Source: Nitrosopumilus sp.
Lineage (GTDB): Archaea; Thermoproteota; Nitrososphaeria; Nitrososphaerales; Nitrosopumilaceae
DNA: 64,000 nt
Direction of reading: 5' to 3'
Assembly: GCA_965205675.1 (NCBI GenBank)
Contig: OZ242186.1
Location: forward strand, 928,001 to 992,000
Under the pieces are notes generated by a model, which had not been told where the DNA came from, searched no databases, and saw nothing but the letters and a program-made list of their open reading frames with translations. Position numbers and translations under genes: made by a program. Shown in pieces: positions 54,746 to 64,000 of the stretch (position 1 is the first letter of the stretch; each line of letters starts with the position of its first letter).

Positions 54746-56065
54746 TCAATATTTCATAATAATAACACTTTCTCGGGTCATGGTTTTGCCTGTCTCTTTT
54801 GTGATGTTCTCAGGTGCATTCTTTGAGGGCATTGATTTGTTTGGTATGTTTCTCTGAATTATCTTATCCACCTTGAACCCATATTTCATCCCTAATTCAA
54901 TGGTGATTAAGTCAGTTGGTATGACTACACGCCTTACTGTCCTGTTTGCCACAACAAAACAGCAATAACTTTTCTTAGGAACTAGATTCTGAGATATTTC
55001 ATCTAGACACTTGTCTAAATCATAAAAGAATGAATATACTGCCTCTGTTCTGCATGGTTTCTTATTTTTTGTCATTGCAATGTCATTTTTTCTAACTTTA
55101 TCTAGTGTCGTGTTTAGTATTCCAGAACCCAAATCTCCACCTATTCTGTATTGACCACCCAAGCCAACAGAATCAACAGTTAGTGCTTTTTCTTCTTGTA
55201 ATTCTAACCAAAGGCTAGAATGCTTTGAGAATTGACCATAAGCTACAGTGGTTCCATGATCACCATAAGGCGGTGAGGTTACTACAAGATGAACTTTTTT
55301 GTCTTGTAGTATGTTGTTGTTAATTTTTTTAAAATTACCTGTAATGTCTCTTGAATCTCCCAACAATATGTGAGCTTTACCTTTAGGCATTGCATCAACC
55401 ATCTCAGTCATTTTGATTATGTTGTTTTCTGCAATCTGTTTGAACATATCCATTGGTTGTGGGTTAAATTCTATCTTGTCTGAATCTGAAATTCTATGAA
55501 TTTTCCAAGCACCGTTACGCTGATAGCTTGATTTCCTAACCGTCAAAGAGAAACATATTTTGAAAAAATCCCTTACGTCTTCATCACGAATCTTAAAGAC
55601 ATTGTGTTTTAGAGTAGTGAGTATTTTTATTGTATCTGGTTTGTACCAATTTTCAACATCTAGTTTGTTTGGAAGACATTCTAAATGATATTCTCGGTTA
55701 AGATAATCTCTAGCTGAATTTGAAAGTATTCTTGTCAGTGTTGGATTCAAGTCTTTGTGTATTGGAGTTGTTTTTACCTTTGAAAGTAATGTGGCAAAGG
55801 GGTTTATGTCAATTCCAATAGTTTGGTTTCCGTGCATCATTGCTTCAAGCAATACGCCACCTGAACCCATAAACGGGTCAAGAACAACATCTGTTTTATC
55901 TTTGGAATATTTTTCAATTACTTGTTTGGCAATTTCTGGATGCATCCTTGCGGGGTACAAATGCAAGGCATGAGTATATTTTTTGGTGCTTACATCTGCA
56001 AACGTCCATTCCATTTTTTGCAATTGTGATTTGTACAGAAATTCAGTATTTGTAATTTGTGCCAT
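54746..56065 (-). CDS. DNA N4-cytosine (amino) methyltransferase
   Basis: HLYPARM, DPFMGSG, DINP, VTSPPY. Confidence 0.9.
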   Translation of the reverse strand: MAQITNTEFLYKSQLQKMEWTFADVSTKKYTHALHLYPARMHPEIAKQVIEKYSKDKTDVVLDPFMGSGGVLLEAMMHGNQTIGIDINPFATLLSKVKTTPIHKDLNPTLTRILSNSARDYLNREYHLECLPNKLDVENWYKPDTIKILTTLKHNVFKIRDEDVRDFFKICFSLTVRKSSYQRNGAWKIHRISDSDKIEFNPQPMDMFKQIAENNIIKMTEMVDAMPKGKAHILLGDSRDITGNFKKINNNILQDKKVHLVVTSPPYGDHGTTVAYGQFSKHSSLWLELQEEKALTVDSVGLGGQYRIGGDLGSGILNTTLDKVRKNDIAMTKNKKPCRTEAVYSFFYDLDKCLDEISQNLVPKKSYCCFVVANRTVRRVVIPTDLITIELGMKYGFKVDKIIQRNIPNKSMPSKNAPENITKETGKTMTRESVIIMKY

Positions 56066-56072
56066 CAGTCGA

Positions 56073-56246
56073 TCACTTTTTTATCGGCTTGACATTGATT
56101 ATAAGATTACTTTTCTCAGCTTTAATCTCCCATTCCAACTGATCCTTTTCTTTTAGATCAAAATGGGTTATGATGCTTTGAGGTATTGTTGTTCTCAAGC
56201 TCATAGAAGTAGTGGTAGCTTTGTTAATCGATGTCTTTTCTCCCAT
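56073..56246 (-). CDS. AbrB/MazE/SpoVT-family regulator
   Basis: SLRTTIPQSIITHFDLKEKDQLEW. Confidence 0.8.
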   Translation of the reverse strand: MGEKTSINKATTTSMSLRTTIPQSIITHFDLKEKDQLEWEIKAEKSNLIINVKPIKK

Positions 56247-56331
56247 AGGTAACAAGATAAGGCATTGTCTATTATAGTTACCTATTACCTATAACGTTAC
56301 CTTTATATCAATGGGTAACAGTATAGGTAAC
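56245..56331. promoter_or_regulatory. Divergent promoter with six (AT)AGGTAAC-like boxes
   Basis: Motifs at 56245, 56277, 56285, 56296, 56313 and 56323, in both orientations. Confidence 0.6.
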
Positions 56332-57666
56332 ATGAATAGAAAACAAAAAGCAAATCAAATATTCTCAAAAGCAAATAAGATTAGAAAAATTTCAAAGAAT
56401 CATTACGCTGTAGATTCTCAAAACTCAGACAAATCATACAATGTTAGAAAATTACCAAAATCGGATGTATGGACTTGTGAGTGCAAGGATTTTCATTTCA
56501 GATTACGAAAACTAGATGATAAACATTGTAAGCACATTAAATCATGTATCCTATTACAAGATAGTATAAACACAGAAAACAAAATAGAGCAAGTATCACA
56601 ACCCAAAGTTTGTCCTAAATGTCAATCATCATGTATTGTAAAAAATGGATTTAGAAAGCTAAAGAATGGAGGACAGAGACAAAAGCACAGGTGCAACCAA
56701 TGCAAGTACAGATTCATTTTAGGTGAAAATGGATTTTCCAAAGTTTCATCTGATCCTAAAATAATCTCTGAATCATTGAATCTGGTTATGAGTGGAATGT
56801 CATATCGTAACATTGCACGACACATTGAGACAGTACACCAAATCAAGATTAGTCATGTATCTGTGAATAACTGGATTAGTAAATACACACAACTAATCAA
56901 AGATTATGTTGATACTCTAAACCCTGAGTTGTCTGATGTGTGGAGCTTGGATGAAATGTATCTCAATGTCAAAAATACAAAAAAGACTGGAAAGGGATTT
57001 CATGATTGGTTATGGAGTATCATTGATCCTAAAACTAGATTTCTTATTGCTACAGAAGTATCAAAGAAAAGGGAAATTTCTGATGCAAGAAAGATTATTT
57101 CAAGTGGCAAGAAGATAATATCTAAAAATCCAAATTATGTATTAACTGACTGTCTAAATTCATATCAAGAAGCAATAAGAAAAGAGTTTGAAAATAAGAC
57201 TGCACATATCAAGACAAAGTCCCTCAAAGAAGGATTTGTGAACAGACCTATAGAACGGTATCATAATGAAATTAGAGAAAGACTCAAAGCTAGACGTGGA
57301 TTAGGCAATGATGAATCTGCACAGATGTTTTCAGAGTTGTTAAAGATAAATCATAACTTTGTCAAGCCACATCAAGGGTTAGATGGACAAACACCAGCTC
57401 AAGCTGCAAATATTGATCTAAATCTAGGTGATAACAAATATCTAGATTTGATAAAACTGTCTGGAACTAAAGTGAACTTTGTAAACAATTTAGGAAAGAG
57501 AATTAAAAAAGTTACAATAGTTAATGAGGGTGATTCCATTAAAGTTACTCCTACAGGATGGATTGATAAAAAAATATGGAGGGAGATAAACGATATTTTG
57601 AAACTTCATAAATTTAGTTGGTTATCAAATGGAAAAGATAGCTGTTGGCTGAAGATAATTTCCTGA
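56311..57666 (+). CDS. IS6-family DDE transposase with N-terminal SWIM finger and zinc ribbon
   Basis: WTCECKDF...CKHI (SWIM), CPKC...CNQC, WSLDEM, LTDCLNSY, IERYH, TPAQAA. Confidence 0.88.
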   Translation: MGNSIGNMNRKQKANQIFSKANKIRKISKNHYAVDSQNSDKSYNVRKLPKSDVWTCECKDFHFRLRKLDDKHCKHIKSCILLQDSINTENKIEQVSQPKVCPKCQSSCIVKNGFRKLKNGGQRQKHRCNQCKYRFILGENGFSKVSSDPKIISESLNLVMSGMSYRNIARHIETVHQIKISHVSVNNWISKYTQLIKDYVDTLNPELSDVWSLDEMYLNVKNTKKTGKGFHDWLWSIIDPKTRFLIATEVSKKREISDARKIISSGKKIISKNPNYVLTDCLNSYQEAIRKEFENKTAHIKTKSLKEGFVNRPIERYHNEIRERLKARRGLGNDESAQMFSELLKINHNFVKPHQGLDGQTPAQAANIDLNLGDNKYLDLIKLSGTKVNFVNNLGKRIKKVTIVNEGDSIKVTPTGWIDKKIWREINDILKLHKFSWLSNGKDSCWLKIIS

Positions 57667-57840
57667 TTTTCTCATTTCTTGCACTTTGTTAATTGCGTTT
57701 AGTGTATGATTTGTTATGACCTCAATGATTTCATTTTGAGAAACATCATAATCCATTTCATCATCTACAAACATGAATAATATTTCATCTAATTTTTCTT
57801 CATATTGGTTTTTAGTTTCTGTCTTCCTATTTTTTGACAT
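57625..57840 (-). CDS. Small hypothetical protein inside the transposon
   Basis: ORF only. Confidence 0.4.
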   Translation of the reverse strand: MSKNRKTETKNQYEEKLDEILFMFVDDEMDYDVSQNEIIEVITNHTLNAINKVQEMRKSGNYLQPTAIFSI

Positions 57841-58102
57841 ACTCTTGATGTATCTCAGTATCTAATATGTTGTAACTACGATCACCCTAACTTAACACCC
57901 GTCACCCTGATTGAACACTCGGGTGAAAATCGAGAAATGACACTAAGATTGAACAGTGTAAAAAAGTGGGCAGAATTGGCAGGAGGTAATTATTTCTTTT
58001 ATCTCGTTAACAAAAACAGTGTCGAACAATTTATGACAGATATTGGAAAATTATGATTTGTAAATAGTTTAGTGCATTAATATCGTAATTGTTCTAATCC
58101 AT

Positions 58103-58188
58103 CACACCAATTTAACACTCATCACCCTAATTGAACACTCAGTTGAAAATCGTGAAATTGATAAAATGATACTAAGATTGAACAGTGG
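58103..58188 (+). repeat. Diverged third copy of the transposon TIR
   Basis: ...CACCCTAATTGAACACTC...CTAAGATTGAACAGTGGA, similar to 57883-57960. Confidence 0.8.
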
Positions 58189-58204
58189 ACTATTTTACAT
58201 AAAT

Positions 58205-58702
58205 TCATTGTATCAATTCAGGATATAATGAAATTGCACCTTTTGCAGTGATTATTCCCATCTCTGAGAGATAGTATTTTCTCCCTTTTCTAATTACATG
58301 TTCTGCTGATACCAATTCATCTAAAATTGCATTGGAATTCATATGTATTGCAGATGATGATGTAATTGCATGATTTTGTAATAGATACACAAGAACTTCT
58401 TCATTTCTATCAGGTGTAGGATAGTATGTTGTACGCATTAACATTTTTTGTACATGTATTGGCATTGATGTTATTCCATTTTTTGATTTCATCTGAATAT
58501 GAGTTGCCTGCTCCAAATGTGTTATGTTAATCTTTTTTGATTCTAATTGTTTTTGGCATGCTTCAATCAAAGCAAGTGCTTTTTGTACTGTTCTAAAATT
58601 TAATTCTGTTTTTTCACTTAATTTGTTTAATGTGTATGGCTTTCCATTTGCAATAGTTTTCATTATTTGTAGAGTTGCACTGGTAAGATCTGTTCTAGAC
58701 AT
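58205..58702 (-). CDS. Winged-helix DNA-binding protein
   Basis: TLNKLSEKTELNFRTVQKAL HTH; second wHTH-like C-terminus. Confidence 0.7.
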   Translation of the reverse strand: MSRTDLTSATLQIMKTIANGKPYTLNKLSEKTELNFRTVQKALALIEACQKQLESKKINITHLEQATHIQMKSKNGITSMPIHVQKMLMRTTYYPTPDRNEEVLVYLLQNHAITSSSAIHMNSNAILDELVSAEHVIRKGRKYYLSEMGIITAKGAISLYPELIQ

Positions 58703-58704
58703 TA

Positions 58705-58753
58705 TGTATAATTATACAATATCATTATATAATACTTGTTGTATAATTATACA
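58705..58753. promoter_or_regulatory. Twin 14-bp palindromic operators TGTATAATTATACA
   Basis: Perfect palindromes at 58705-58718 and 58740-58753 between divergent starts. Confidence 0.7.
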
Positions 58754-58755
58754 GT

Positions 58756-59058
58756 ATGGATGACTATGAGATTGCGATATTATTGCAGGCATACAACAAG
58801 GGAATAATTGGAATGCGAAATTATGTTGCCATAGAAAAATTCTCAAAAATGATTAATTGGAAAAAGATATCCTCAGTATACAGAATAAAAAAAAGATTCA
58901 AGTCAGTTGTCCAAAAACTAGTCAAACATAAACTACTTTCAGATGATGGTAAAAGTATGGCAGTATTGTATCTTGACAAACTTGGGGTATCATACATTAT
59001 TGGTATGATTGAGAATGAACCTGAACACATATCAAAAATTTCATCAAAGATAGAGTGA
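58756..59058 (+). CDS. Hypothetical winged-helix-like protein
   Basis: VVQKLVKHKLL...LYLDKLG pattern. Confidence 0.6.
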   Translation: MDDYEIAILLQAYNKGIIGMRNYVAIEKFSKMINWKKISSVYRIKKRFKSVVQKLVKHKLLSDDGKSMAVLYLDKLGVSYIIGMIENEPEHISKISSKIE

Positions 59059-59332
59059 GATTACAATTCAATATTTTATAAATTTAGATTTTGATAATAC
59101 AAATTTGATTCTTTAGATATTTCCTCACTGGTGCTGAGATTTTTATTTTGAATTTTTTCCAACACATCAACTCTTTTTTGAAAGTTTTCTCTGATGTTGC
59201 TAATACCTGACACACTGCTTACATCATTTAATTTTGTGCTTTTCTCTAATAATTCGTATGTATCAAGCTTCACACATAAATCAATACCATTACACAAAAA
59301 GATCTAAGATCAGCTAAATCATTCTACAATAC

Positions 59333-59963
59333 ATGTCAGAGTGTGGTCATGAGAAAATCATTTTACAATTACAAGAGGAGATACGACAACTCAAAGCAAT
59401 CATAGAGAAATTAGTAGAATCAAACAAAGATTTGCAAAAAAGATTATCATACTATGAAAATCCACACTCACCACCATCAAAAAATTCACTTGAATGGAGA
59501 AAACAGAAACAAGATGCAAAGAAAAACAGAGATTCTGATTCTGGCAAATCAAAACGTGGTGGCATACCAGGTCACAAGGGCACAACACAGAAATTCACCC
59601 CAACCAGTACCATACATCACAAATGTTTAGAATGTCCCAAATGTGGAAGTGAAGATATCCTTCAAATCAAGACTGCCAAAAGAATAATGGTTGAAATCCC
59701 TCCACCAACTCAATACATTGCAACTGAGCATGTCTTGTATCAATACAATTGTAAGAACAGCTCTGATAGTTTCAAGACAGATGGAAATCTTCCACCATGT
59801 GGATGCTTTGATGCTTCTGCAATACGTGAGGCAGTCTCATTATTCTCAAAGAGAATGCCATACGATACCATTAGAGTAACTCTTCAAGAAAGATATGGAT
59901 TGAAAATTAGTTGCACTACAGTACAATCTATTCTTCGCACTGGCAGTATTATGTTAGAACCAT
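59333..59963 (+). pseudogene. Second IS66-type transposase N-terminal part, interrupted by IS3 and ISH3
   Basis: Coiled coil, NPHSPPS, RGGIPGHKG, CPKC. Confidence 0.8.
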
Positions 59964-61205
59964 TGGAGTGGACTCCTGTTTTTAGTACCACTTTTTGCAT
60001 AATCTTACATACAGTCTGATTCATTTATGTTTTCATCTCCCATAACTCCATGAATTCATCAGGAGTAAGGTATCCTAACGCTGAATGAATCCTGGAACCA
60101 TTGTAATCGATTCGTGCTTTCTCTAGAGCAACTTCGGCTTCCTGATAGTTTGCAAACTCGTACCTCCACAAGTATTCCTTCTTGAGTGTCTTGTGGAATG
60201 ATTCGACATGTCCGTTTTGTTCTGGCGTGTGGTGCCAGATGAATTCGTGTCTTATTCCAAGTAGAACAACTGCTTTTCTGAAATCTCGGCTGTTGTATTG
60301 CGAACCGTTGTCAGTTCTGAGAATCAGTTTTGTGCAATCAGGCTTTGCAGTAGCTACTGCATTAATGATGCTGTTAATTGCAGTGCTCTTTGGAGCTGCC
60401 ACATCAAATGAATGCCAAATCCATTTCCTGCTAAATGCATCAATCACGTTAAAGCAGTAGCACCATCTGTCAACCCCACACCAGACATATGTGATGTCTG
60501 TCTGCCACAACTGGTTTGGTGCATCAGGCTTGAATAATGTTCTGGCAGATTTGATGATGTCATTTTTGGTCTTTTTAGGCCCAATCCAGCCCAATTTGTG
60601 AAATATTCTTCTGATTTGTTTTCTGTTTACAGGCTTGTTCAGTTCCCTTGAGACTTGGGATGCCATGCGTCTGGTTCCATAAGTTGGCCTTTGTTTTCCA
60701 ATCTTTTGAACTACATCAGTTACTGCAGGATCTGTCTGAATCCTTCTTGGTGACTTTGAGTAATACCATTTGGATTTTGAGACTCCAATTAATAACAATG
60801 ACTTGTTCAAACTGATGTGTTTGTTCAGTTGATTCACTGCAGTCATCTTTTCTGGTTCTCCAACGTTTTTTTTAAAATGTCATTGGCAATTGTGATCTCG
60901 CCGATTAGTTTTTTGAGGGAATCATTTTCCTTTTGCAGATTCTTGCAGACATCTCCGTTTGGTGTGCCATTTAATGATGCCTTGCCACCTTCTACAAATC
61001 GTTCCCTCCATTGGTAGAATGTCTGTGGATGAATATTGTACTTTCTGCACAACTCTGCAGTTGCAATGTTTGTGTTTAGTGACTCTAAAACCCCTCTTGA
61101 CTTTTCTGCTGATGTGAATTTGCTCTTTACCATGAGGGTAAGCCTCCCAAGTTATCTGAAAAGTGTATGTATGCTACTGGTCCTACTCTAGAGGGGACCA
61201 GACCA
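59964..61205 (-). mobile_element. IS3-family element (orfA 60843..61133, orfB 60025..60846)
   Basis: WQTDITY, TDNGSQY, NGHVESFH; TG...CA ends; TSD CCAT; ATGA coupling. Confidence 0.9.
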
Positions 61206-61216
61206 CCATTGTACCA

Positions 61217-63583
61217 CAGTAGATGGGAAAGTAACTCAATTTAGATCAAAAACTATCAATCACTCAATCAATCTATTCAGATAGAAAAAGCTTGATGGAA
61301 GTATGTCACTCCATCAAATATGCATTGTACTTCATTTGATACCATGACACACCAAGGCGTGATACTATCTAAAGCATTTGAGATTATCACTAAAATAATG
61401 TACAATATCTTGTTGTTTCCATGCTCTAGTAAAAATAACTCACGGTTCCACAATGCAGATGCACATAATTCTGTCATGTCATTGTGTTTGGGAAATTCAT
61501 ATTCTGAATCTGGATTAAAGAGACTGGCGATGGAATCAGATAATGCTTCTCCAACTGGTTTCATGGTTGAGAAAAATCATATCAAAAATATCACAAAAAA
61601 CAATGCAAATTCAATTACATCGTTCACTGGATAGTACAGTATCAAAATTACAAGAACTGGGAGTATTGGAACAACCAGTTACTGTAGCAATTGACAAACA
61701 TCTAATCCCAAGATATGACAAATTGCCAAACCATTCTTTAATAAAATCAAAATCTAAAAACAGTACTACTCATTTTGAGAGTTACTGCACCATGCAGTGC
61801 GTTGAAAAAAGAATCAGGGCTCAATTAGGTTGTTATCCTTTGTATGACAACAAATCAAATGCCGATTTTGTGCGTAAATTACTCTCTGATGGCATCAATA
61901 ATGGAATCAAGATTAAACTATTGCTAGTGGATAGGGAGTTTTTCACAGCTGGAACAATTTCAGAAATAAAACAAAAGAATCTGAAATTTCTAATGCCTGC
62001 ATAAAAGAATTCTCGAATCAAAGATGCAATTGTACAATACGTTAATGGAGATAGAAAGTCAATCTCGCCATACACAATAAAATCATCATCAGGACATGTA
62101 TACCTCGGAGCATAATTCTTTGCAATTTTTCAAAACAAATAGTAATACTTTTTGATCAGTAGTTAGAAATAATTTCATGGACATCACAAATGACGAGTTA
62201 CTCCAGGCCTACAAAAAAGAAAAGTACGGTAAGAAAAAGGAAAGACTGCATGCAATGTGTATAATTAAGATCAACAAATCTACAATTGCTGAAACTGCAA
62301 GCCAAATGTTTTGTACATACAATTCTGTAAGGAACTGCCTTGATTCATTTGAAAAATATGGATTGGGGGGTCTGGAGGACCTCCCTCGTTCTGGCCGTCC
62401 GCCATTAATTTCACACAAAAAATTACAAAAAATAGAGCGTACATTTAAGAGAATTTCAGATGGAATGACTTCAAAAAAACTGATACAATTCATATTTTAC
62501 AGAACACGCATTACATATCATATCACTCATGTGCGTCGTTTGATGCACAAATGGAATCTAAAACCAAAGGTTCCACAAAAGGTACATGTGCGAGCAGCAT
62601 CCAAGGATGTGTGCCGCAAGTGGAAAAACCGCATCATTTCACGCATAGAAAAGGCAAAAAAGAAAGGTTTTACAGTATTTATCCAAGACGAGTCTGTATT
62701 TGTAGACGATGTACGTCTTGGCAAAAAATACTGGACAGATGCACACCAACGAATGATTGTACGTTGGAGAGGATCACATCAAAGATTTTTGGTTTATGGA
62801 AATGATGATAATCAAAGTTTTTTTAGATCGTATGAAAAATTTAATTCAATTGCATTTATAGATTATTTGGAGGCAGCTCGTAGAAAATTTGGAAAAATAT
62901 TTGTTATCGTCGATAGAGCACCACAACACAAAGCTAATGATGTAAAAAAATATCTGCACAAAAACAAAGATGTCAAACTGGCATATCTTCTGAGAGGCTC
63001 CCCGCATTTGAGTATGATTGAAGAGATTTGGAGACAGTGCAAACATGTTAATGTTGAATCAGATTTTTATGAATCTATTCATGAAATGAGGCATACAGTT
63101 ATGGAATATTTTAGAACCCATAAATTTGATTTGAATATGTATCAGTATTTTGCAAGAACAGTGAATTGAAAAGACTTATGATCTGGGGTATAGAATCATT
63201 TAATCTAGTTATTCTGCCAAACAAAAATGCAAGAAAAAAATCAGATATTATTGATCAGTATGTTGTGTTTGCAACAAATATTTCACCAAAAGAAATATCA
63301 TATAACATACAAAACATTCCAACTGACTACAAGAAACGTTGGGGGATTGAAACAGGCTATGCATGTGTGGGAAGGTTCAGACCAAAAACCACCAGTTCAA
63401 ACCAATCCATAAGATTGTTGTATTTCTACTATTCATTGATTTTGTACAATGCATGGATAATTGCTAATTTGATTATCTCAGAAGAAACTAATGTACAAAA
63501 TCACAAACCAATAATATCAATTGAAATTCTCAAATATTTCTTTGTAAAGATAATTATTCATTACTTTAGAAATAACAAAAATA
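61217..63583 (+). mobile_element. ISH3-family element, copy 3, inactivated and interrupted by IS630 C and IS66
   Basis: Left TIR at 61217; frameshift near 61560; stop at 62002. Confidence 0.88.
62101..63190 (+). mobile_element. IS630-family element C, copy 2 (transposase 62177..63169)
   Basis: Similar to 51379..52474; TA duplication. Confidence 0.9.
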
Positions 63584-64000
63584 GTAACTGTCTAGAGTTT
63601 TGAAGTACTTTCTTTAATATTTTTTATCTATATCTTTTCTGATCAGTGACAAATTACAATATACAATTGTCAGTATATGATGAGCTGGAATATTATCGTA
63701 ACAGATGTCACTCGCTGGAGCAAGAAAACCGTCAGTTACGCAAAGATATTGAATCACTACACAGAGAAATTGCAGAACTAAAACAAACAGTGTCTACACT
63801 TGTTGCAAGAAATATCAAAGCAAAACCAAACAAGACTGAAACTGCAAAAAAGAAGAAAACATCAAGACATCCTAGAAAAAGCAGAAGCAGACGGGCACAC
63901 ATTGATGATGCCATTACAGTTGACCAAAAAGAGTGCAACACATGTGGCAAATCACTCTCAGAACCAACTGATTCATACACCAGAATAGTAGAAGACATCA
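63584..64000 (+). mobile_element. IS66-like element, copy 4 (partial)
   Basis: TIR at 63584; ORF from 63646 runs off the window. Confidence 0.9.

Larger units (their letters stand above)
53548..57960. mobile_element. 4.4-kb cargo transposon: IS6-type SWIM transposase plus MvaI/BcnI-type R-M system
   Basis: Perfect 78-bp TIRs (53548-53625, 57883-57960); 8-bp TSD AAAAAGTG. Confidence 0.92.
52475..58056 (+). pseudogene. Type III restriction Res-like helicase-nuclease, C-terminal part (52475-53547 and 57969-58056)
   Basis: EQTIGRILR (motif VI), WWYRN, FNPDF, EYKGE; the frame continues KLGKKWAELAGG after the transposon. Confidence 0.8.

Overview
AT-rich archaeal DNA, most consistent with a Nitrosopumilaceae (Thaumarchaeota) genome undergoing heavy IS expansion (roughly 40% of the window by eye is IS-derived). 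4-21 kb is mostly housekeeping: cofC, cofD, RNase P RNA, geranylgeranyl reductase, SDR, ilvD. 22-64 kb is a nested IS and defence island. Main points: (1) an intact, IS-free DISARM-like operon with drmA and drmB fused in one 2181-aa ORF, followed by drmC, an unknown 499-aa ORF and a Cas4-like nuclease, near a C5 methyltransferase and broken REase, Vsr, McrC-like and HNH genes; (2) two copies of an IS110/IS1111-type element whose downstream non-coding region has bridge-RNA-like loops matching its own target and donor junctions; each copy sits head-to-tail in front of a different IS110 sibling, and its right end supplies an in-frame ATG and N-terminus across the recombination junction; (3) a 4.4-kb transposon with perfect 78-bp terminal inverted repeats, an 8-bp target duplication and a SWIM-finger IS6-type transposase, carrying an MvaI/BcnI-type R-M system and inserted into a type III Res-like gene. 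Family assignments come from motif recognition only; no database searches were run.
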